Origin: an uncultured Bacilli bacterium
GTDB lineage: Bacteria > Bacillota_I > Bacilli_A > RF39 > UBA660
Assembly: GCA_950097225.1 (NCBI GenBank)
Contig: CATNCE010000003.1
Location: forward strand, 28,493 to 92,492
Direction of reading: 5' to 3'
DNA: 64,000 bases
Shown here: positions 57,931 to 64,000 of the stretch, piece after piece
Position numbering within the stretch: the first letter of the stretch is position 1
How the letters are laid out: the number at the start of each line of letters is the position of its first letter
Made by a program: the position numbers and the translations under genes
The notes under the pieces: model-generated
Seen by the model: the letters and a program-made list of their open reading frames with translations, nothing else
Databases searched by the model: none
What the model was told of the DNA's origin: nothing

Positions 57931-58650
57931 AGCGGCACTAGAATCACAGCGACATTGGAACATATTATTATTACTAGTTTTACATTTAAAGTAGCTATTT
58001 CCAGTGAATATGAAGCCAAAGTTTAAATCATAATGTTCGCCATCACTATTGCGAATAGGTATGACTAATGATGCAGCATTTTGAGCTGAGCCAGATGCAG
58101 CAGTATAAAGCATGTAAGCACGCTCGCTTAAATCAACCTCATCAGGATACTCTTTCATATTTTGAGTTCCGTTCTTCCACGAGGTTAAGATTGGAACATT
58201 CCCACTATACTTAGTATATCTTCCACGAACATATTGAACCATCCATGTCGCTGAATCAGGACGCCCTACATATTTTCCATTTACAACATCGAATTTGGCA
58301 TAAGTATTATATATCATCAAGAAACCGATACGATCCTCAATATAGTCAGCTGCATACTCGATTTTTAGACATTTAAATTTGTTTTCATAGCCATGGTTTA
58401 GTAAATCAGTAGTTACATTAGCTTCTGATAGAACACATGAGCTAACACTTTTTATTCCAAAGTCACCTATATCATCTTCTACTTCTTTTATTATCGTCGA
58501 TTGATTTATGACATAATTAGATTGAATCTGATTGGATACATCTTCATTACGAACTTGAACTAATAAATTAAATAAGACGGCCATAACTAGTGCAATAATA
58601 CAAATACTTATTAAGACCTCCATAATTGTTGTTCCGTTTGGTTTACGCAT
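57907..58650 (-). CDS. Minor pseudopilin-like protein (247 aa)
   Basis: The N-terminus reads MRKPNG|TTIMEVLISICIIALVMAVLF, with G at -1 and E at +5. Its start is coupled to the upstream stop through TAATG. Confidence 0.6.
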   Translation of the reverse strand: MRKPNGTTIMEVLISICIIALVMAVLFNLLVQVRNEDVSNQIQSNYVINQSTIIKEVEDDIGDFGIKSVSSCVLSEANVTTDLLNHGYENKFKCLKIEYAADYIEDRIGFLMIYNTYAKFDVVNGKYVGRPDSATWMVQYVRGRYTKYSGNVPILTSWKNGTQNMKEYPDEVDLSERAYMLYTAASGSAQNAASLVIPIRNSDGEHYDLNFGFIFTGNSYFKCKTSNNNMFQCRCDSSAALCQKTYN

Positions 58651-59216
58651 TAGTTCACCTCCATTGATGCATGGAATACTTCATATGTTCCATCTAAGCT
58701 ATTATAAGTTTTTTTAAACTTTACAATTAAAATGTAATAATTGCTTCCTGGACCAATTTCACGGATATAATCAATTGTCGTCGCATCAAATTTATTTAGC
58801 CATTCAGTAGAGGATGCTGAATTAGTTACTTTGTTTGGATTAAGATAGTAAATCTTATCTATTTCAAAGGCTCTTTTTAATTGAGCTAAATACCCTGAGT
58901 ATGAGGGACTTGATAAATCACACGTGAAGCTTACATCAGATCCATATGTTAATTTACGACATTCACCAGATGATAGATTATGTTGCATATAATACTCAAC
59001 ACTATTACCTGTTCCGCCAGCAGCTATTTTATAATTATCCATTGCTTTTTTTACAAAGTAAGTTTTATAAATTGTCTCAGTTGTATCAAAAGTATTACGT
59101 TGACGTGATTTACGAAGAATATATGAATATGATGAAAATAAAAGTACTAATGTTATAGAAAGAATAGCTACAACGATTATTGTTTCCATAAATACAAATC
59201 CATTTTTCTTTACCAT
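58650..59216 (-). CDS. Minor pseudopilin-like protein (188 aa)
   Basis: The N-terminus reads MVKKNG|FVFMETIIVVAILSITLVLLF, with G at -1, F at +1 and E at +5. It is coupled through TAATG. Confidence 0.65.
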   Translation of the reverse strand: MVKKNGFVFMETIIVVAILSITLVLLFSSYSYILRKSRQRNTFDTTETIYKTYFVKKAMDNYKIAAGGTGNSVEYYMQHNLSSGECRKLTYGSDVSFTCDLSSPSYSGYLAQLKRAFEIDKIYYLNPNKVTNSASSTEWLNKFDATTIDYIREIGPGSNYYILIVKFKKTYNSLDGTYEVFHASMEVN

Positions 59217-60226
59217 TACTGCTTCACCCCATTCGTAAATATGAAAGGATCTAAGTATGTTCCCTTTCCTCCAGCAATATACGTATTATTACTAGTCGTA
59301 CTAAGTGTTTTTTCGGCAACTAAACGGAAATTATATAAATTACTTAACTTTGACGATAAGACATCGCTGGATTTAGATTCGGTGATATCAACGATCATGT
59401 CTCCGGCATTATGAGTATAGGCAATTGGAGATGCATAGTAACAAAAGCTAATATACTTGCTGTTGCGATCGATTGGCTCGTCTTGAACATTCATATAACC
59501 AAATGTATTACTAGATAAATACACGGCTTTAGAACCATTGAATGTCCCCCCACAATAGTTTTTTAGTAAATTCATTTGTGTCCCACTAGTAAAGTTATAT
59601 TTCTTTATTTCATAGTAAGATCCGGCCGGATAAGTTATAGTAGCACCATTAGCAGCAACTCCAGTTATGGCGCTATCAACATATACTAAGTAATTTCCGC
59701 CAGGATTAAAAATTTCAGCAGCAATGTATGGATCAGTAATTTCACTACGAATTCTATTTAAAAATGATGATGTAACCATATGAATATCAAACCCACCATA
59801 TTTTATAGCGTTAGTATATGCCCCATCAGCGCGTAACGTTTCATAAAAATTAACAGTTAAGGTGTGATATTTAGTAATTTTATCAGATCCAGCTATTTTA
59901 TAATTTATATTGACATTTTGCGTAGTTAAATCACTAATAAAATAGTACTTTTTGTTAGTGCCCGAAGTTTCAATTTTAGCAACTATCCAAGTTCCATCAG
60001 AATTGAGGATATTATCATCACTTGTAAATTTAATATGATCTCCTACACTTAAATCAGTTAGTTTAGTGTTATTAATAGCATAAATAGTGTCTTTAGAGGA
60101 AGTGTTAATTTTGGAAATAAGGATACGATTGTGTAAATAATTAGCTATTAGCGCAACAAAAAGAGAAAGGAATACTAGAAAAAAAGAATATAAAATACTA
60201 GTTGCAATAAAGCCATTTTTTTTCAT
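59216..60226 (-). CDS. Pseudopilin-like protein without E+5 (336 aa)
   Basis: The N-terminus reads MKKNG|FIATSILYSFFLVFLSLFVALI, which has the pilin-like charge/G/hydrophobic layout but S rather than E at +5. It is the first gene of the three-gene operon. Confidence 0.5.
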   Translation of the reverse strand: MKKNGFIATSILYSFFLVFLSLFVALIANYLHNRILISKINTSSKDTIYAINNTKLTDLSVGDHIKFTSDDNILNSDGTWIVAKIETSGTNKKYYFISDLTTQNVNINYKIAGSDKITKYHTLTVNFYETLRADGAYTNAIKYGGFDIHMVTSSFLNRIRSEITDPYIAAEIFNPGGNYLVYVDSAITGVAANGATITYPAGSYYEIKKYNFTSGTQMNLLKNYCGGTFNGSKAVYLSSNTFGYMNVQDEPIDRNSKYISFCYYASPIAYTHNAGDMIVDITESKSSDVLSSKLSNLYNFRLVAEKTLSTTSNNTYIAGGKGTYLDPFIFTNGVKQ

Positions 60227-60249
60227 AACACCTCTCCTATTCTATAATT

Positions 60250-60278
60250 ATTATAGAATAATAAAAAAATTTTTACAA
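60250..60278 (-). promoter_or_regulatory. Sigma-A promoter of the pseudopilin trio
   Basis: The minus strand reads TTGTAA (60273-60278), a 17-nt spacer, then TATAAT (60250-60255). SD GGAGAGG precedes the ATG at 60226. Confidence 0.5.
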
Positions 60279-60301
60279 TAAAAAAAGACATGATGTCTTT
60301 T
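60279..60301 (-). terminator. Hairpin and T-run (minus-strand sense) upstream of the pseudopilin promoter
   Basis: The hairpin is aaagaca-tga-tgtcttt (60284-60300), with an A-run on the plus strand before it. It would terminate minus-strand transcription coming from spoVID-ysxE. Confidence 0.5.
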
Positions 60302-60348
60302 CAAATAACAATCTATTTACTTCTTCATATATTATAGTAGGTGGTATT

Positions 60349-60546
60349 ATGTATAATAATTGTAATAACAACCATCATCATGGGGGCGGATTTATAACAG
60401 TACTAGCTATTTTAGTCTTAGCAGTTTTGATATTTTATCAAGTAATAATCACTTTAATCTTGCCTTTGCGATTTAATTTGTTTATTTTGCTAATCGAAGT
60501 TTTGTTAATGTTTTTCTTATTTTTTCGCATAATATGGCATTATTAA
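60349..60546 (+). CDS. Doubtful small membrane ORF (65 aa) with a YjcZ-like N-terminus
   Basis: NNNHHHGGGFITVLAILVLAVLIF resembles YjcZ-type sporulation peptides (GGGFALIVVLFILLII). The ORF overlaps the 3' end of ysxE and lies between that gene and its likely terminator. Confidence 0.3.
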   Translation: MYNNCNNNHHHGGGFITVLAILVLAVLIFYQVIITLILPLRFNLFILLIEVLLMFFLFFRIIWHY

Positions 60547-61347
60547 TTTCTCTGTTTTAAAGATATAGTCAAATAATCGACGCATTGCACTGACGTTTAA
60601 CATTTCGTCATTGTAGGGAATGATTTTCTCGGGAATTGCAATGTTTAGAAAAAGTAGTTTTTTTTCTTCTTCTGTTAATTGACATTTATCTAGGTATATT
60701 TTTAATAATGTATCGAAGTTAAGATGTTCCCATTCTTGATGATAGAATTTCGTGATATCTAGTATAGGTGAATCAAAGGTAGCGTTATCCCAACTTATTA
60801 GATACTCACGATTATTCTTTAATAGATGATTTAAGGTGATATTTCCGTGATTTAAACAAACCCGTTCTTTAGTTTTATCTTGAACCATTTCATACCAAGA
60901 AGAAGCCTCAGTTTTTAAGAAGGCAAATAACTCTAGTAATTTGGAGTAATTACGCAAGAATATTGTTTCACTTGGTGAGGGAAATTCAACTAATTCAATG
61001 TTCTCGAGCATACTAGCATAATATTGATCTAGGTAATTGGTATGCCCGATAAAGTTGTCATAAATGCTTTTATATTTATCTTTGCTAACTTCTTTATTAT
61101 AAGAAGTTTTATTATGCAATAATGCAACAATATTTATTAGGTCTTCACCCTTTTGATAGGAATCAAGAGATAAATCTTTAATATATGGATAAATCGACTC
61201 CTCTTGCTCGCGCTTTTCATAATTTAGATAATTGTTAAAATCACGAGATGAGAGATAAGAAAATAATTCTTCATTATCTTTATCGCGTTTTTTAACAATT
61301 TCGTCATTGATAATAGATACTTTGTTGATTTTTTTTATCTTATTCAT
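60517..61347 (-). CDS. ysxE: CotS/YsxE-type kinase-fold spore coat protein
   Basis: The phosphotransferase-like block is LNHGNITLNHLLKNNREYLISWDNATFDSPILDITKFY. It lies directly downstream of the spoVID-like gene, overlapping it by 8 nt. Confidence 0.55.
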   Translation of the reverse strand: MNKIKKINKVSIINDEIVKKRDKDNEELFSYLSSRDFNNYLNYEKREQEESIYPYIKDLSLDSYQKGEDLINIVALLHNKTSYNKEVSKDKYKSIYDNFIGHTNYLDQYYASMLENIELVEFPSPSETIFLRNYSKLLELFAFLKTEASSWYEMVQDKTKERVCLNHGNITLNHLLKNNREYLISWDNATFDSPILDITKFYHQEWEHLNFDTLLKIYLDKCQLTEEEKKLLFLNIAIPEKIIPYNDEMLNVSAMRRLFDYIFKTEKLIMPYYAKK

Positions 61348-62149
61348 CTTTTACAGGAATTATTAGTTTTAAACCAATTTTTATCTCATCAAATTCATTA
61401 TAGGCGCGAATCTCTTCTGTTGTCGTGTTGAATTTCTTAGATATTGATTCAAATGTATCATCGTTTTCACACACGTGTACATGATATGTTATATATTTTT
61501 CTTCTTTGTCAATATTTTTTAAGATTGTTGTCTCTACTGGATCATTGCTAATAATAGGTTCAAGATTTATTTCACGAGTTTCTTCTTTTATAACAGGCTC
61601 TAGAGTTTCTTCACGTGCTTCCTCTTTTATAGCAGGCTCTAAAACTTCTGGTTCACTAGCCTCTTCAACGCTTTCATTTCGGCAATCTTCTGGTTGTATT
61701 ATAGTATCTTCATCGAGTATTTCTAGATTATCTTCTAATTTTGGTTCTTTTTCTTCTTTAAACGATACGATATCAACTTCATGACTCTCTAAAAAACGAT
61801 TGAAAGCTTCTTCATCAAACTCTTCTTCAATTAATTCTTCTTCGTAAGTTATTTCATAATCAATATTGATTTTTAAAGTATTGTCTTCTAGTTCGTAAGT
61901 AAAATCTTCGATTTCTACTTTAGAAGATTCTTTGACTAAATTGGCTATCTCTTCTCTAAATGGTAGATCATATTTAAAACTTTTTTTGTTTAGAGATAGT
62001 TCATGCGATTTGTATGTTCCTTCAATTAAAAAGGAACCGTCAACTCGTTCATCATCTTCACTAAAGTTACATTCAAGGCTAATACTAGTTATGCTAGATA
62101 CTGTGTCATCAAAAGCTAAATCCTTCTTATAGTTTATTGTCTTTTTCAT
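61340..62149 (-). CDS. spoVID: SpoVID-like morphogenetic coat protein: SPOCS-like N-terminus, acidic repeats and a C-terminal LysM domain
   Basis: The N-terminus reads DLAFDDTVSSITSISLECNFSEDDERVDGSFLIEGTYK. The acidic repeats read EVLEPAIKEEAREETLEPVIKEETREINLEPII. The LysM domain reads YHVHVCENDDTFESISKKFNTTTEEIRAYNEF. Confidence 0.65.
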   Translation of the reverse strand: MKKTINYKKDLAFDDTVSSITSISLECNFSEDDERVDGSFLIEGTYKSHELSLNKKSFKYDLPFREEIANLVKESSKVEIEDFTYELEDNTLKINIDYEITYEEELIEEEFDEEAFNRFLESHEVDIVSFKEEKEPKLEDNLEILDEDTIIQPEDCRNESVEEASEPEVLEPAIKEEAREETLEPVIKEETREINLEPIISNDPVETTILKNIDKEEKYITYHVHVCENDDTFESISKKFNTTTEEIRAYNEFDEIKIGLKLIIPVKDE

Positions 62150-62179
62150 ATACTCAATCCTTTCTAATTTATGTATATG

Positions 62180-62209
62180 AAAAAAAAGAGTATAAATTAC
62201 TTATACTCA
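62180..62209 (-). terminator. Terminator after lon
   Basis: The hairpin agagtataa / ttatactc overlaps the lon stop codon, with an A-run on the plus strand before it. Confidence 0.55.
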
Positions 62210-64000
62210 AAATAAATGTTCAAATATTTCAATATAATTAGAAACACAAATGATTTCAATGTGTTTTTTGACTTCATCAGGAATACTCTCTAAATCATTT
62301 TTATTTTCTAAAGGAATATAGACTTTCTCAAAGCCATTATTGTAAGCGCCAATGATTTTCTCTTTTATCCCACCTACTTTGTAGATGTCTCCATGAAGGG
62401 TTATCTCGCCAGTAAAACCAATGCGATTATCTATTTCTTTATCTAATATCAACGATAATATAGAAGTTGTAAAGGCGATTCCTCCTGATGTGCCATCTTT
62501 TTTTATGTTGTACTTTAATGCATTAATGTGGATGTCATTGTTGCATAGGATGTCTTCTTTAATTTTGAATTTCTTATGATTGGCCTTGATATAGCTATAA
62601 GCAACTCGTACACTTTCAGAAATAGAGTCTTTGACATTCCCAGTTATAATGATATTCCCAGAGCCTTTGATAAAAATTGATTCAACAGAGATAATAGTCC
62701 CTCCATAAGGTGTGACTCCTAAAGTATTAACAGAGCCTGGATGTACTGGGCGGGTGTTATAGTAATCATGCTTAACAGGTCCTAAAATTTGCATAATAAA
62801 TTCGTGATTTATAGTTTTTACTTCTTTTTCAGAAATAATCACATTGCGGCAAAGTTTTTCTAAAACACGTGTGAGTTCGCGAACGCCTGATTCTTTAGTA
62901 AAGTAATTGATGATATACAACAATTCTTCATCGGAAATTTTTACCTTTTTTATATTATATTCTTTAATTATTCTAGGAATTATGTATTTTTTGGCAATAT
63001 CTATTTTTTCAAATTCTGTGTAAGAACTTATTTGAATTATTTCCAAACGATCTTTTAGAACAGTTGGAATAGAGTTTATATCGTTAGCTGTTAAAATGAA
63101 TAGGACTTTAGAAAGCGAAAATGGCTCTTCAATGTAGTTATCAGTAAATGTTTTGTTTTGATTTTGGTCGAGAATGTCTAATAAAACGGCTGAGGGATCT
63201 CCTTTGAAATCACTGACGATTTTATCTACCTCATCAATAAGAATTACTGGGTTTTTAGTTCCACATTTTTTTATACCTTGAATAATTTTCCCTGGCGATG
63301 AGCCAAGATATGTTCTCTTATGTCCAGTTAGTTCTGTGGCATCATTTAGTCCACCTACACTTATTTTATAAAATTCACGATTTAGTGCTTTGCTAATTGA
63401 AATTCCCAAAGTTGTTTTTCCAACTCCAGGAGGCCCGATAAGGCATATTATTGGTGCATTAATATCTGGATTATTCTTTTTTATGGCTATATATTCAATT
63501 ATACGCTGTTTTACTTCGTTTAATCCATAATGGTTCTCGTCTAGACTTTTTTTGATTTTACGACTATCAGTTTCATCTTTTGATTCAGTATTCCATGGAA
63601 GATTTAAAACTATATCTAAGTAATTACGAATAACTGATGAGTCTGGGTTTGCCTCAGAAGTATAAGAGTATTTGCGAACTTCCTCTTTAAATTTAACTTT
63701 AGTTTTAGTTGGCAAGGATAAGCCATCAATCGTCTCATTATATAGAGAAATTTCCGTTTGCTTATCAACATTAATCCCTAATTCTTCGTTTAATTTATTG
63801 ATTTTTTGTTTTAGGATGTAATCACGTTGTTCTTTATCAAATGCTTCACGTAATTCATCATCGATCTTGGTTTCGATATGAATAACTTGAAGCTCTAAGT
63901 TAATGTCTTTTATCAAACTATTGGCACGAATGACATAATCAAATTCATTCATATAAGAAACTTTTTTCTTTATATCAAAAGGCATATAATTCGTAATTAT
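62207..64000 (-). CDS. lon: ATP-dependent Lon protease; the 5' end probably lies beyond the right edge of the window
   Basis: Walker A is GPPGVGKTTLG and Walker B is VILIDEVDK. The protease site is KDGTSGGIAFTTSILS, with GGIKEK. The frame stays open from 63985 to 64000, and the LON N-terminal domain is missing from the 592 aa seen here. Confidence 0.9.
   Translation of the reverse strand: MITNYMPFDIKKKVSYMNEFDYVIRANSLIKDINLELQVIHIETKIDDELREAFDKEQRDYILKQKINKLNEELGINVDKQTEISLYNETIDGLSLPTKTKVKFKEEVRKYSYTSEANPDSSVIRNYLDIVLNLPWNTESKDETDSRKIKKSLDENHYGLNEVKQRIIEYIAIKKNNPDINAPIICLIGPPGVGKTTLGISISKALNREFYKISVGGLNDATELTGHKRTYLGSSPGKIIQGIKKCGTKNPVILIDEVDKIVSDFKGDPSAVLLDILDQNQNKTFTDNYIEEPFSLSKVLFILTANDINSIPTVLKDRLEIIQISSYTEFEKIDIAKKYIIPRIIKEYNIKKVKISDEELLYIINYFTKESGVRELTRVLEKLCRNVIISEKEVKTINHEFIMQILGPVKHDYYNTRPVHPGSVNTLGVTPYGGTIISVESIFIKGSGNIIITGNVKDSISESVRVAYSYIKANHKKFKIKEDILCNNDIHINALKYNIKKDGTSGGIAFTTSILSLILDKEIDNRIGFTGEITLHGDIYKVGGIKEKIIGAYNNGFEKVYIPLENKNDLESIPDEVKKHIEIICVSNYIEIFEHLF

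Noticed and set aside
1-64000. Use of the Mollicutes genetic code (TGA = Trp), given the very low GC content and DUF285 proteins.
   Set aside because: Conserved genes (mutS, parC, lepA, dnaG, lon) are full-length with TGG at Trp positions. Several genes end in TGA (for example lon and yqzL). The standard code 11 fits.
1-64000. Prophage, CRISPR-Cas, restriction-modification, toxin-antitoxin or other recognisable defence island.
   Set aside because: I see no integrase, capsid, terminase or tail genes, no repeat-spacer array, and no methyltransferase/endonuclease pair. The only mobile-element signals are the IS30 copy and the decayed Rpn-like gene.

Overview
This is a 64-kb stretch of a low-GC (about 30% by eye) Bacillota chromosome that uses the standard genetic code: TGA acts as a stop and long intact ORFs such as mutS, parC and lepA are present. 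About 60 genes lie on the minus strand. Only four plus-strand ORFs look real: an IS30-type transposase, a ylbJ-like gene and two small membrane ORFs.

The backbone is a series of short Bacillus-subtilis-like synteny blocks:
- alaS
- recO-yqzL-[insert]-era-ybeY-vanZ-like-yqfD-yqfC-rpsU
- hemW-[insert]-lepA
- an ABC exporter pair
- two flavoproteins-trmK-[unknown]-sigA-dnaG
- mnmA; frr; a SEDS protein; nfo; ylbD-ylbE; parC; trmB
- rpmA-prp-rplU-spoIVFB-spoIVFA-like-mreD-mreC-radC
- mutS; ylbL and ylbJ; ysxE-spoVID; lon

The sporulation markers (yqfC/D, spoIVFA/FB, spoVID, ysxE, ylbD/E/J) point to a spore-forming, wall-bearing lineage, possibly Erysipelotrichales-like. That placement is inference only. 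I found no rRNA, tRNA, CRISPR array or prophage.

Features not explained by the core backbone:
1. Five prepilin-type (class III signal) proteins sit in two unlinked operons with no assembly ATPase, platform protein or peptidase in the window. One is a 724-aa giant pilin that carries adhesin-type domains plus a C-terminal membrane anchor.
2. A modular surface-protein family shares one N-terminal module fused to either an FGE/SUMF1-like head (two mosaic paralogs, one with a single in-frame TAG) or a DUF285/BspA LRR head. It is interleaved with an IS30-type element and a decayed Rpn/PD-(D/E)XK gene.
3. A ClpX-derived AAA+ ATPase lacks the zinc finger and the IGF loop.
4. An RnfC-like/RnfD-like pair stands alone.
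5. An unknown 432-aa gene is wedged into the era-yqzL-recO block.
6. A UbiB/ABC1 kinase gene has decayed to fragments.

All domain calls come from reading motifs by eye. No database search was run.
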